A stretch of 64,000 nt of DNA, from assembly GCF_006345805.1 (NCBI RefSeq), contig NC_043008.1:11904001-11968000 (forward strand), given 5' to 3'. Positions 26,121-40,139 of this stretch are shown piece by piece; position 1 is the stretch's first letter, and each line of letters starts with the position of its first letter. A program made the position numbers and the translations under genes. Below the pieces are notes generated by a model that saw nothing but the letters and a program-made list of their open reading frames with translations, was not told where the DNA came from and did no database searches. Origin of the DNA: Octopus sinensis (lineage: Eukaryota).

Positions 26121-26759
26121 CATTCACTGCAATCCTCTGCTCCTTGTTTTGTTGGTAGATCTTATTAATATTACTTGAGGTTTGTGCACCCTATGTATCG
26201 AGAACATATCTTTTTAGGTTTCTTCAAATTCTTGTTGTTCTGTTTTCTTCTACTTCGGAGAAGGAGCAAAGTAAATTCATAATGGCAATCCCCGAGAATT
26301 GCTTTCACAACTTCCCCTACGTCTTAGTTTTATTAGAAATACGGCTGTTGTTTACATTGTGCTTTTTGTCGCTGGACTTAACGCTGCTTCGTATTGCTTG
26401 AGGCTTTTGTTGCTGCTGTTGTTACTATAATGGTTACTGTTGTTATTTCTCCTCGTCCTCGTCCTCCTCCTCCTTTTTCTTTTTCGATGACGATGATGGT
26501 AGTTGCAGTTACGAAGAATTGCTGTATTGCTGTTATTGCAGTTAACGTTATTTACTTATTATTCTCACAAGATCGTTGTTGGGTGTTTTATTGATTAAAA
26601 ATTAAAACTACGAAATTTCATTTTTTATTTTTTTGCTTTCGTAATGAAAATATTTCATGGTGGCATATAAACATATAATAATTCACGGATACAAACTTAT
26701 GTCCATAAATACATACATACATACATGCATACATACACACACATATAAATGTATGTACG

Positions 26760-26915
26760 AATATATATGTATATATGTATATAATTATGTATATATACAT
26801 AGATATATATAGTGAGAATTTACAAAAATACACATACATATATATGTATATATGTATATAATTATGTATATATACATAGATATATATAGTGAGAATTTAC
26901 AAAAATACACACACA
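26760..26915. repeat. 77-bp tandem duplication within a TA-rich tract
   Basis: gtgagaatttacaaaaatacac occurs at 26812 and 26889 with identical upstream sequence. Confidence 0.8.
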
Positions 26916-26923
26916 TATATATG

Positions 26924-26968
<45 letters not shown>

Positions 26969-27549
26969 TTATAAATATGTATGTACGAATATATCTATGT
27001 GTATATGTATATATAAATATGTATATATACACATACATAGGCACATATATCGCATAGTGTTGCGCTATAATAGCTCATATTTAAATCCTATGTTTATTAA
27101 ATTATACATGTGCGTGACAGAGAAGGGAGAGAGAGAGAGGTATCTCTGTAGATATGTAAGTATGTTTGGGAATACACACATACACATATTGCATACTAGG
27201 AATCCAATATAGCATTTCTTAGTCAGTCCCATACATGCTGAGTTTATCATTATTATTATTATTTTTTTTTTTTTTTCACTTTTCTTTTCCTTTTTCTTAA
27301 AATATTTCCGAAACAAACGGTGTTGAAATTCTATAGAATAATATAAAAGTTTCATTATTTACATTTTTGCGAAATAAAAATCTGATGAGATGGCGTATTA
27401 TATCTCAGGAGGAAACATATTTAAAACCACTTTCCATACCATAAGAAACACCTGTGTTTAGCGTATTTTGTAAATAAAAGAATTTAATTTTTGAAACTTA
27501 TTTTTATACTTTCGGAATAATATAAATCTACATTCATTGAAACACAGAA

Positions 27550-27593
27550 TAACATGATAATATAATAATATAATAATAATAATAATAATATAT

Positions 27594-27645
<52 letters not shown>

Positions 27646-27697
27646 TAATAATAATATTAATAATAATAATAATAATATAAATGATAATAATAATACT

Positions 27698-27729
<32 letters not shown>

Positions 27730-27884
27730 ATGATGATGATGATGAATGATGATGATGATGATGAATAATGATGATGATAATAATGATGATGATGATAATA
27801 ATAATAATAATAATAACAATAATAATAATAATAATAACAATAATAATAGTAATAATAATAATAATAATATAATAATAATATATA

Positions 27885-27916
<32 letters not shown>

Positions 27917-27954
27917 TAATAATAATAATAATAATAATAGTAATAATAATAATA

Positions 27955-28018
<64 letters not shown>
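27550..28018. repeat. Compound (AAT)n/(GAT)n microsatellite
   Basis: Directly visible trinucleotide array. Confidence 0.97.
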
Positions 28019-28020
<2 letters not shown>

Positions 28021-28309
28021 CGTATATTTTGCCTGGATAAATGTATAATCTCCTGTAATGTACTTTTTTGCTGATTAAGGGAATGGGTAAAGTTCTTACA
28101 TGGCAAATTTCATTGCAAGAATACAATTCATATCCGAGAAATATTGTTATTCAATTTGACATATTTTATGGTTCGTATTAAGTTTGGCAGTTCGTATTAA
28201 TTTTTAGATTAAACTCACCTCTAAACGTACATACATAATTAACTTCGCACATACATGCATATCTAAGTGCATAGATATAGCTATATTATATGTATGTATT
28301 CTTTTCTTT

Positions 28310-28820
28310 TCTTTTCTTTTCTTTTGTTTCAATTATTTGACTGTGGCCATGCTGGAGCACCGCTTTTAGTCGAGCAAATCGAACCCAGGACTTAGTCTTG
28401 TTAAGCCTAGTACTTATTCTATCGGGCTCTTTTGCCGAACCGCTAGATGACGGGGTGTAAACACACCAGCATCGGTTGTCAAGTGATGTTGTGGGTACAA
28501 ACAGAGACACACAAACATATACATACATATATGTATATATATATGTAGTAATTTCTTATATATGTATATGTATATATATAAGAAGTCCGAAGTCAGGACG
28601 CCATGATAGATCGTTAGCTCCTACTTGCATTTTTTATCTCCTTGTTATTTTTTTCTGTGTATCTTTCTGTCGAAGAGCTTAGGCTCGAAACGTAAAAGAC
28701 TTTTTCTATTTCTATTCCTGAGCGCTATACTAATACATTTGTTTGTTTGTACTCCACCTGCCTTCGTCTTTTGTTTATTTTCGTAAACCTTCCCGTTATA
28801 TATGTATATATATATTTATC

Positions 28821-28892
<72 letters not shown>

Positions 28893-29030
28893 CAGGACGG
28901 ACTTCTTTCAGTTTTCCGTCTACCAAATCCACTCACAAGGCATTGGTCATCCCGAGGCTGTAGAAGACACACAAGGTGCCATGCAGTGGGACCGAACTCG
29001 GAACCATGTGGTTGGTAAGCAAACGACTCC
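28310..29030 (-). mobile_element. SINE family A, split by an insertion in its internal microsatellite
   Basis: 3' half at ~28310-28510, 5' half at ~28893-29030, with a different element between them. Confidence 0.85.
28603..28795 (+). mobile_element. ~200-nt non-coding hammerhead-bearing element
   Basis: Same family as 47311-47508 (minus). Motif at 28662-28699: TCTTT-CTGTCGA-A-GAGC ttag GCTC-GAAAC-GTA|AAAGA. Confidence 0.75.
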
Positions 29031-31315
29031 TATATATATATTATACACACCCACTCATATATATATATATATATATTATATACACACACACACACATGTA
29101 TACAGAGAGAGAGAGAGATAGAGATAGAGAGAGAGAGAGACAGACAGAGAGAGAGAGAGAAACCTGCTTTAAATATTTTCTTTGTTTCAATAGTGCAAGT
29201 CAGCACTACCCTTGTTAAAAGTTTGTGAGTACATTACGTCTGGCAGTTATTATAAATATTGCCAGCGGTATTTTTTCCGGTCGCTTTTCTTATTTTTATA
29301 TTTACAAGTTTTGTTATATGTCGTCTGCGTCACACTTAGCGTGTTGCTTCAGTTTTAGCTTCATCTACTTTGTAAGAGTTCGGTAGATATATGGCTATAT
29401 ATTATTGCGACTGCTTGATATGCACATTTTTGCATAAATTAAGATTTATCTCGATAAGTCACACTTGATAGCAAAGGAAGACACATTTGGCCCTAAAAAC
29501 GTATAGGAGAAGGTAAAATAAAAGTGGGATATGTTAAAATATTGATTAAATGGTAGCTTATAGCTTACAACAGGTGAATTATCATTAGGGAGTAGTGATA
29601 TGGAATAGTAACAAATTTCTGGTGTGAGTTGATAATAAAATGAAGGAAGAATGGAGAAAAAGATACGTAAAAGGAGAACATAACAGTAGGAAAATGCAGG
29701 CAAATGAGAAGAAAAATATTTGTGAATGACAGAGGGAGAAGAAAAAGAGCAGCAAGGTAAAGGAGAGTTGGTAGCGTTAGAGTAGCAAAGAGGTAGTGGA
29801 AAAGAAAGGACAGGAAGAGGAGAAAGAAGCGTAAGTGTGTGGGATAAAAGAAGAAAAAAATATAGGAAAATGATGAGCGTTGTAGGAGGGAAGTAAAAAT
29901 GGCCTATGTTAGAAACTTGGTAAGGGAAGAGGAGTATAGAGGAAAAGAAAGAAATAATGATATAATGATAGACAGATCGCGAGAGATAAATGAAAATGGA
30001 GTTGAAAGGGAAGTTGAGTGAGAGAGAGAGAGAGAGAGAGAGAGGAAAAGTGTGAGAGAGACGAATAAATGATCAGAAAGCAAGATGGTAGTAACGAAGA
30101 TGTGGATTGTAAAGGGAGAAAGGAAATTTAGTGACTAAGAAAGAAAGAGATATAATGGACGGGGGTGGGGTGGGGGAAGGCATTAATTATGTAACAGTCA
30201 CCAGAGTGAAGAAAAATGGAGATATAGAGAACGATAAAGAAGCTCAACAATGCAAGAGGCAATGGAGCGAAACTCAGGGGTGTGAATATCGTCAGAGTGG
30301 CAACAGAAAGATGGAAGATCAAAATAGATAATGAAAACTAAAATAGAGTGAGGTTGAGGGTGAGATTCGAAGCGACAGAGAGAAATCATAGTGAAAGGGG
30401 AAGAGATAAAGAGAGGGGAAGATGAGGGAAGGAAAGGGATGCAGAAATATGAAAGACATGTAATAAGGAAGACTTAAACTTAATGGAGGAGGAGGAAAAT
30501 GATAAAAGCAGACGACAGCGAAAAAATGCTTCTTTTTTGAACAAGCATTTGGTGTTATTGTAGAGGTGATGAAGCTTTCAATGAGGAATAGGAAGAGGAT
30601 AAGTCACTCTATAGAGATTAAGCACTGTGATAGTAGCAAATTGAGAGCAATGATGAATATACAGTAATGGAATGAGGGAGAATATGACGGACATACACAC
30701 ACAAACACACATACCCGTAGAGAAACTTTCGCCTCTTCATAATACCTACACACACGCACACACATATTTGTACATGTATACACACACGCACACAAACACG
30801 CGCGCGCGTAAACACACACATACACACATGAAATGTGAAGAAAAACATGGATTCAGACGATTGTCCTACTATCACAAGAAGCCCCTTTAACGGACTTGGT
30901 TACCAGTCCACTTAGTAAGCAATTACTAACCAATTACACAGTAGAACAATGCCAAGTACTCTTGTAACTACAAAGCCAGAAATCGGTGCGACAAAATCAT
31001 TCGGGGAGTAGAATATAACTCACGAAGCCAGGAGGTTTGACAGGTTAATATATATTTCTTTAAATTCAGGGCGACCAGAGGATTACGGCCGTTTCGCAAC
31101 TTCCTTCATGAATTTCAGTATGTATGAAGTTTAGTATGCAAGAAATTACGCGTACATATTTACATTAATATATTTTCTCCGTATAATAAAATACTATTGT
31201 ATCTTCACAAATTAATGTCTGCTGAAATCCACACGACATGAAGAAGGTTGCTAAACGCATGTAAACCTGAATTTGCGCTCATATATATATATATATAATA
31301 TTATATATATATATG

Positions 31316-31828
31316 TGTTGTGTGTGGTGGTGGTGTGTGTGTGTGTGGTGTTTGTGTGTGGTGGTGTGTGTGCGTGTGTGGTGTGATGGTGTGTGTGTGT
31401 GTGTGTGTGGTGTGTGTGCGTGTGGGTGTTTGTGTGATGTGTGTGTGTGTGTGAGTGTGTGGCTGGTTTGTGTGGAGTGTGTGGTGTTTGTGTGTGGTGG
31501 TGTGGTGTGTGCGTGTGTGGGTTTGTGTGCGTGGTGGATGTTGTGTGCGTGTGTGGATGTTTGTGTGTGTGGTGTGTGTTGATGAGTGGTGATGTTGTGT
31601 GTGTGTGTGTGTGTGGGTGTGGATGTTTGTGGGCGGGTGTGGATGTGTGTGTGTGGTGTGTGTGTGTGTGTGTGTTTGTGTGTGGTGTGTGGATGTTTGT
31701 GTGTGTGTGTGGTGTGCGTGTGGGATGTGTGTGCGGTGTGTGGATGTTTGTGTGTGTGTGTGTGTGTGTGCGTGTGTGGATGTTTGTGTGTGCGTGTGGA
31801 TGTTTGTGTGTGTGTGTGTGTGTGTGTG
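31316..31828. repeat. Degenerate (GT)n / ggatgtttgtgt array
   Basis: Directly visible; source of the His/Thr and Cys/Val ORFs. Confidence 0.95.
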
Positions 31829-31990
31829 CGATGGCATTGCTGCGTGGTAAGAAGTTTGTTTCCCAACCACATAGCATGGTTCTGGGTTCAATCCCATTGC
31901 GTAGCACCTTGTGCATGTGTCTTCCACTATAGCTTAGGTCATACCAAAGATTTGAGAATGGATTTGGATGATGGAAACTGAATGATTCCA
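31829..31990 (+). mobile_element. SINE family A 5' half, degenerate
   Basis: gctgcgtggtaagaagtttgtttcccaaccac...gggttcaatcccattgcgtagcaccttg...ggaaactgaa. Confidence 0.75.
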
Positions 31991-32055
31991 GCTCTATATC
32001 TACGTATATATATAGTAAACTCCCCCAAAAAACGAGGAACAAACACACAAAAATC

Positions 32056-32668
32056 ATTCCTCATTACCTGTTTATGAAACGAATCCCAGATGGAAATGTG
32101 ATCCAAAAGGTTCTTCTCACTCAACTCCTGTCGTGCCCAAACATCGTAGCGATTTTTGTACCCAAGCTTTACCAGGTGCTCATGAACGAAGGATTTTGAT
32201 AGATTGAGGCTTTCTGCCACTTCCTGGGTTGTGCAATGTGGATTATTCTGAATTAATGACTTGATTTGGTCATCATCTGTAGTGGATGGTCTGCCTGATC
32301 GCTCTTTATCAATAAGGCTACAATCTCTGGCTCGGAACCTTGCAAACAACTTCCGTGCAATTCTTTCGGATTAAAAAACATCACCGTAAACTGCACATAT
32401 TTCTTTGGTTGCTTGTGAGGCATTTTTGCCTATACGGAAAAAGAAAAACATCAAGTACCGAAAATGAACTTTCTTATCTTCCATTTTAAAGGGTTACAGA
32501 ATTAACACAAGTTATAAGAACATAAACCTTCTTCCACGAAAAGATAGCTTAAACAGTGCTGTAAATGGAGGTACAGTGAAATCCTATTTTATGGACTCAA
32601 CCATGTTCTAAAATAAGTCGAAATATAAGCCACTATAAATCGGCACGAACTTTCCGGACAGCCCAATA
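32056..32668 (-). pseudogene. Mariner transposase 5' portion with left TIR (resembles the mellifera subfamily)
   Basis: ATG at 32484: MEDKKVHFRYLMFFFFRIGKNASQATKEICAVYGDVF*...DKERSGRPSTTDDDQIK...LGYKNRYDVWARQEL. TIR tattgggctgtccggaaagttcgtgccga. Truncated before the DDD domain. Confidence 0.9.
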
Positions 32669-32682
32669 TATTATATATATAT

Positions 32683-32720
<38 letters not shown>

Positions 32721-34105
32721 ACATTATTCATCCATCTGCATATCTCTTCTATCACTCTGTTACAGTATGTCAAAGAATGTGTATGAAAATATTGCAGTAC
32801 GTTTATCAACATCCACTTTATAACTGGTTCTAAGTCGTCATTATATCCCATCCTTACACTTGATACCATATTCAAAAGGATAACAGGTTTTTGCCGTTTT
32901 ACAGCTGTCATATGCCGGCATCATATTAAACTGGATCCACTTCAAAGAAGAACATTCCCATTGCAAGAAATGAACACTAATAAAATGTGTCACAGAGCTT
33001 AACTCTTAAAAGAGAACCACGAAACCTGTTTTGAATTCTAAAAAGTAAAATCCATTAAGCGAGCAGTCGGTTGCCAAATGTCTTGCAGTTTTTCTTTGCA
33101 ATTTTTTTGTTCCATTTGGGATCAAAGTACTAATTCGAATATCTGATATATTCTTTAACATCGAGCAAATGTTATCACAGAAACATGGGGTCTTTTTGTC
33201 ATCTTACATTAACTTAATTCCACCAATTTCAAGACGAACCTATTTTATCATCTGTCACATTTCCATGCATGTTATTACCTTTTTCAGGTTTTTTTATAAA
33301 ATATGTTTTTTTTTTTGTTTCCTTGGTCTCAATATATGATTACAAATTCATGTTGAATATTCTCTGAAGGAACCAGTTGATGATTGCATAAATTTCGCTC
33401 AACACATGTGATTCAATGGAAGCTTTTACTTGACTCAATGATGCAACGATCGAAACACTTTCGTAATTTATTCATTCAGCATGAAAAGGTCGTTAGCTTT
33501 TATATTCTCACACAGTTACTGATTGCTCACCAAGTAACCTAAATAAACATGTAAGAATATTTTTAATCCAGAATCAAAAGCCGAAAAGGCCAAAAATGGA
33601 AATTACACCAGATCTAAGAAATGGTATGTTACGTATATAAACGCAACAGTCATCAGCATATATAATATATATATATATATACTATATATATATATATATA
33701 ATATATATATCTATATATATATATATATATTATATAAATATATATATACACACACACACAATATTTGTACGTCTGTTTATATATTGCATTGATATGCTTT
33801 GTGAATGGTAGATACAAAATATGTTATTTTTCCGGTTGTATTAAAGGATTATATGCTTAGCTTAATGCAACAGGTCTGAGACTTCGATTTTCTTTTTATA
33901 CCATGTTTCCTTTGATCCAGTCAGCGATTATAGAACTGCGCATGTGCGTATGTATCGATGCATGCACGGATATCTGTATATATATAAACACACATACACA
34001 CACACATAATACGTGTATGTATCTGTGTATGCATTATGTAAGGGCAATTATGCGGATAAACAAATTCGATACATGAAATATATTAACCTTACTGTATATA
34101 TATAT

Positions 34106-34139
<34 letters not shown>

Positions 34140-34342
34140 ATATATAGTATAATATAACTATAATAATATATATATATGATAGCATATATGTGTGTATATA
34201 TGCCATAAACATATATAGACATACACGCAAAAGCATATATGCATATTTGAATATGTATACACACATACACATGTATACGCGCTTATATATATATATATAC
34301 ATATGTATAATATATATATAGATGCACACACACACAAACACA

Positions 34343-34406
<64 letters not shown>

Positions 34407-35050
34407 GCATATATTATATATATATGCATATATATTTGTATGTATATATATACGTATTATACACTAAATAAGCAGAAGTTAGAAAGTGATCAAGGATTGA
34501 GTTCCGTGTATTGCCACTACTATCTTGAAACACACACACACACACACACACACGTACATTTAAATCTTATTGTGCATGTACTTTCGCTGTTTACAGCTTT
34601 TCAAACACACGTTTTATTGAGTAGTCTGTACAAGGGGCGTGATTTTTTTTATGAGCGGTGTTAATTGTTTCCGATTTATTTTGGGATATAGAATTATTAT
34701 AAGGTATTCTTGTTATCTAATTACTAGCGTGCAAATATTAGTGAAATCATTAGTTAAAGAAAAATATTCGATAACCGTTCTGATAATTTCTTTTTAAACA
34801 AAAACTAGGGAAGATTCCAGGGCGACTACTTTATAATTTCGAAAGGAGACTTATTTTAGGGGAGTCTTAATTCACAGCATTTGCAAGTCGATTCACCTCA
34901 TTATGGAAATGAATAAGAGAGAATGCTGTAATTAAGGAAAATGACTCGTTTATAATCGACATCTACTGCAAGAATGTGTATGTGTATCAATACTTACGTT
35001 ATGGATATTGTCACCAATTTCACGCAAGACGGAACATCCTATTTAATATG

Positions 35051-35472
35051 TGGCTGTGTGGTAAGTAGCTTGCTTACCAACCACATGGTTCCGGGTTCAG
35101 TCCCACTGCGTGGCATCTTGGGCAAGTGTCTTCTACTATAGCCCCGGGCCGATCAATGCCTTGTGAGTGGATTTGGTAGACGGAAACTGAAAGAAGCCTG
35201 TAATATATATGTATATATATATATATAATATATATGTGGGGGAGGGGGTTGTTGTGTGGTCTGTTTTGTCCCCCTAGCATTGCTTGACAACCGATACTGG
35301 TGGTTTACGTTTTTCCTCCCCCCCGTACTAGCGGTTCGGCAAAAGAGACCGATACAATAAGTACTGGCCTTACAAAAAATAAGTCCCGGGGTCGATTTGC
35401 TCGACTAAAGGCGGTGCTCCAGCATGGCCGCAGTCAAATGATTGAAACAAATAAAAGAGTAAAAGAGTAAAG
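35051..35472 (+). mobile_element. SINE family A (tRNA head, CORE-like ttgggcaag segment, internal TA/TG microsatellite, aaagagt tail)
   Basis: Matches copies at 36248, 43116, 53706 and 62000. Resembles described octopus tRNA/CORE SINEs (family name not verified). Confidence 0.92.
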
Positions 35473-35617
35473 AATATATGTTAACTCGTTACGGAGGCAA
35501 ATAAACGTGAGATGACTGTTTAAACTGAAAATATTCCCTGGCGTTGATTCGTTCGACTGCAGTTCTTTCAGGCGGTGCCCAACACAACTGCAGTCTAATG
35601 TCTGAAACAAATTAAAA

Positions 35618-36012
35618 TCTTTATATATAAAAGTGAGGCTGTGTGCTATCTGTCTCCTACGATTTAGATTCCTAATTACTCCCACATTTTGCGGTGCAGT
35701 TTAGCCAAAACCGGGTATCTTATAGTCGTGATTCATATCGAGCCCTCCTGGGTATTAGCGTGCGTCTACGATGAGTCTACGATTTAAAAAAAAATTACCA
35801 TCAATTTTTCCCATTTTTAATGCATTGTTGGCATATATAAGGGAAGTAACTCTCTAAAAATTTATTATTAAATCTCAGAACGTAAAAAGCTACAGTAACA
35901 ACCCCCCTTTGTGGTTAGCCATATTGAGATGGCTATTATACTTTACATCTCTAAAAATGCTTATATAGTTATTTCCCTTACAAACCCGAGCAACGCCGGG
36001 CGATACTCCTAG
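35618..36012 (+). mobile_element. Non-autonomous Helitron, family H1
   Basis: A|TC start, cccgagcaacgccggg hairpin, CTAG|T end; homologous to 17086. Confidence 0.88.
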
Positions 36013-36247
36013 TAAATTATAAAAGACTTTCATAGGGAAGATATTGTAATCTCTGTCTTGTGGTAAAACTTTTATAATGAGGGTGAAAATAAATACAAAA
36101 GCATAAATATTTCATTTGCAGTCACTTTTAATCCAGTAACCATTATCTTCCAGTTCTACATGAATCATCAACTCGTAGAATAATTAAAGGATTACAAATA
36201 ATCAACAGTGGAAGACAACCACTAATACTTAAGAGACATTTATTAAA

Positions 36248-36645
36248 GGCGCAGGAGTGGCTGAGTGGTAAGTAGCTTGCTTACCAACAACATGGTTCTG
36301 GGTTCAGTCCTACTGCGTGGCACCTTGGGCAAGTGTCGTCTACTATAGCCTCAGGCCGACCAAAGCCTTGTGAGAGGATTTGATAGACGGAAAGAAACCC
36401 GTCGTATATATGTATATATATATGTGTGTGTATGTGTGTGTGTGTGTATTTTTTGTGTCTGTGTTTGTCCCCCAACATCGTTTCACATCCGATGCTGGTG
36501 TGCTTACGTCGCCGTAACTTAGCGGTTTGGCAAAAGACACCGACAGAATAAGTACTAGGCTTACAAAGAATAAGTCTTTTTTCAACTAAAGGCGGTGCTC
36601 CAGCATGGCCGCAGTCAAATGACTGAAACAAGTAAAAGAGTAAAG
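36248..36645 (+). mobile_element. SINE family A
   Basis: Full head-to-tail match to the family consensus. Confidence 0.92.
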
Positions 36646-36739
36646 GCAAAATTTACGTCATGAGATGAAATGATGTAGATAGCAAAATGCAGAGCTTTCA
36701 TTGTGTGACACGCGAAATAACTGAAGAAGGCAAATATCA

Positions 36740-37070
36740 AAACTCTCAAGAATAAGAAGTAATTCAAGATTTATTCAAATATGAATTGCAAAACAAAATC
36801 AAAAAGGATCCCATATGCTACATCAGATTCTCACAATGCAATAAGAATTGTATCAGTGAAATTGGATCAAAATTATTTAACCGTGTCAGGGTACATAAGC
36901 AACCACTGGGAGATTCATCTTCAGAAATGTATTGTACATCTAGATTCTTCTGTGAATGGAAAATGCAAAATATTCCATTACTTGAAAACAAAGGAGGATA
37001 ACTACTTAGCAGAAAAATTAAAACTTTACAAAAACATCTAAATTCGAAACTAAACCGAAAATAGCCAAGA
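36740..37070 (+). pseudogene. GIY-YIG endonuclease relic (Penelope-like element C-terminus)
   Basis: Frameshifted PICYIRFSQCNKNCISEIGSKLFNRVRVHKQ ... HLDSSVNGKCKIFHYLK resembles the PLE IY-C-C-YIGETG-R-HK pattern. Confidence 0.65.
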
Positions 37071-37551
37071 AATTTCTAGATTAGCCCATAAATGATTTTC
37101 AAAATCTATACACTGCACAACTGTTTACACAATACGAAAACTTTCTTCTAAATGATACATTCCGTTCTGTTTCATAACATATTTAATATAGTCTGCAAGT
37201 TTTTAATTTCAAAATATTGTTCTTCAAATATTCTGACTAATGAAAATTCTTTCTAAAATATTTTTAAATACACACATATTCACACACGTATATATATATA
37301 TATACTTCGTTCGTTTTCCGTCCTCGTGTTGTATACATTCGAAGCTTTCTTCCAGGGGATCTAATGCGCTTGGCTTAGATTTCCCTTGGCGGGCTGCCCA
37401 AATCGGAGCAATCTCAAGATTAATCAGCCGAAATTGCTAAGATGATCTGGTTCTTGACTGATGACTGAGGGCTTCGAATGTCCCGTCCTGTGGTTCTTGT
37501 GTCGTCTCTTTGGTGTTTCATGTTCTTGTCCATGTCTGTAATTATTTTTAC

Positions 37552-37605
<54 letters not shown>

Positions 37606-38459
37606 ATAACATATACGCACATGTCTGCATGTATGTATGTATATAAAATTTGCATAATTTTAAATATTGCTTTGTGTATTCTTCAATTTGTCTTTGGCCC
37701 TTCAATAAATATTTAAATATGTTTCTTCGGTTCTTCATCGTCCTCCCCCGTCTGTTGTCTGTGCCTGTATGTATTTAGATATATGTTTGTACAAATAGGT
37801 ATGTATATCTTTACGATTTGATATATATACTAATTTTCAAATTTATATATATAGGTGTGCATATGTATGTATGTGTACGTATAAATATATCCACGCACAT
37901 TATTGTATATGAGATAGTGTTTGCGTGAGCTTATTCTTCTTCCATTGTAGTTGTATTTTCGTTGCCGTCTATCTATGAATACACACAATACATAGTTGTC
38001 TTTGGGCATTCAAAGATAATTGAAAAACAGAACAATGGAAGTATAGCGTAAATACAAACACAAAGAATTCCTCAGCAATTCTCATGGTAATATTCTACGA
38101 TTGCAACAACTCTAAAGTGCAGAATCATAGGTCGATTTTCCCTTTACTGACATCTAATATAAACATAATTTAATGTATTTATTTGCAGTCTTCGTTTATG
38201 TAGAACCATTCATTTATCACTCTATAACTCTAATCAGAAATGTCCATATTTGTATGATAGTCAATGCTAGTCATCTGCTCAACTGCGAGATTTATACAAA
38301 TTCCATCCATACAATAACACAGAAAGTCTTTCTACTCGGATTTGTATTCAAATCTGACATAGGAGGTTTTTTTTTTCCTGCAACGCTTCGATTAAAAATG
38401 CATATTATGTCAGTAATGAAAGATTGGATCTATAAATTTAAAATTAGATTCAAATTTTA

Positions 38460-38760
38460 GCACAAGGCCAGCAATTTTGGGAGAGATGGTAAGTCGATTA
38501 CACTGACCTTTCATTTATCAACTGGTGCTGGTTTTATGGACCTCAAGAGGAGAGAAGGTAAAGTCGACTTTGTCAGTATTTGAACTGAGAACGTAAAGGC
38601 GGACGACTATAAATTTAATAGTGGTGTCAAATTGTAGCACAAGTACAGCAAGTTAGGGGAGGGTCTACGTCGATTAAATCAACCCTAATATTCAACTGGT
38701 ATTAGTTTATCGACCCCAGCGGAATTAGAACCCAGAACGTAACGGCCGGATGAAATGGTA
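38460..38760 (-). mobile_element. Two degenerate SINE family B-variant copies
   Basis: rc ccttgtgc tail and gtcgac/gagttcaaat body motifs appear twice. Confidence 0.7.
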
Positions 38761-39774
38761 CTAATAAGCATTAATATTAACACCGTAAAGATACTATGTT
38801 ATATAATGATAAATCGAATGGCCCAAGAAATCTCTGAACTTCTTCAAATATTTTAGGTTTTTTTCTTTAAATCAGAGTGAGTTGGACAACTTGTGATCTG
38901 GACAAAATATTGCTGTTGCACACACGATCATTAGATCGCGAGTTCAATTCCCAGCTCGATCCACACATTGCGTTTTGGAGCAAGTTATTTCATTTTACGT
39001 TGCTCTAGTTCCCTCAACTGTAAATAGGGAACCATGTGACAGACTGGTTTTCCGATTAGGAGGAATGTTGGCCGACTGGAAACAATCGAAAGATAAAGTA
39101 AAACAAAGCGCATTGTGACCATCGATGGGTAATAACATCCGATAGTCTGGTCGAGCACATGATCACGTGATATTCCTGGTAGTAGTGCACTGTTTGATTT
39201 ATAGAACACTTCGATATAATTTTCTAAATAATATTTAAATCTTGAAATATGATGTCTACCATAGGTACATTTCCTCAAATTTTAAATTTTAGTGCGAGAT
39301 ATGAAGTATAGCCAGATGTCATTCTCGGGTGATCATAAATGTCTAATGTGTCCTATGATTTCAATGGCTGTTTGCATATGCTTACGATGTCGCGATGTTT
39401 CGTGGATCCATAATCGGTTGAACTGACATTGGCAACTGAATATGTTGTGTGCGGGGAACATGTCAAAGAACAGACCCAACGTTTCCTCTACGTGTCGTAA
39501 AACGCTACTAAAAGGGGTTGAGCTATGATTTGCACTCTGACCTCGTAAAACCCTCACCAGCAATGACTAGCGAAACAGACCCATGGGCGGGAAGGTTGTC
39601 GCCTGAAAGGCGCAAAGGTGCCAACCGCCAGGTGTAGTAAGGCGTTACCAACAAATGGTGGAGGCATTGAAGCTCTGTTAGAGAACATTCTCCCCCCCCC
39701 ATTGTTGCTGCTGCAGCTTGTACTACTACTACTACTACTATCTGAATGGTACTGTATTTTATATCATCAAAACT

Positions 39775-39809
<35 letters not shown>

Positions 39810-39813
39810 TTCT

Positions 39814-40019
39814 TATTCTACTCTAGGCACAAGGACCGAAATTTTAGGGAAAGGGGCCAGTCGATTAGATCGACCCTAGTACACAACTGGTACTTAATTC
39901 ATCGACGCCGAAGGGATGAAAGGCAAAGTTGACGCCGGCGGAAATTGAACTCAGAATGTAAAGACAGACAAAATACAGCTAAGAATTTCGCCCGGCTTGC
40001 TACCAGCTCGCCGCCTTAT
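39814..40019 (-). mobile_element. SINE family B variant (cccctaaaatttcgg...tgcctagagtagaa tail)
   Basis: Family B head with an alternative tail shared with the 57-kb array. Confidence 0.85.
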
Positions 40020-40139
40020 AAAATTGTGGCAAAAGAATCAGTAGAAGTTCGCCATTACCTTCTGCCGGAGCCGCGTGGAGCGAAGGTGTTTCGCTCATAC
40101 ACACACACACACAATACAAGTGTTATACACCGCTGGCAT

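Noticed and set aside
29480-30600. Long purine-rich strand-biased tract with a G-run cluster at ~30161
   Set aside because: It looks like decayed (GA)n/(GAA)n simple sequence; a G4 or triplex role is unsupported.
31075-31260. 20-bp inverted repeat and a minus-strand GAAAC-GGCC-GTA palindrome
   Set aside because: Core and stem I do not fit a hammerhead, and it is too degenerate to call a MITE.
37330-37560. (TA)n-flanked element containing CTGATGA and a GAAA
   Set aside because: I could not build stems I-III around the motifs; it is probably a repeat but not a supportable ribozyme.
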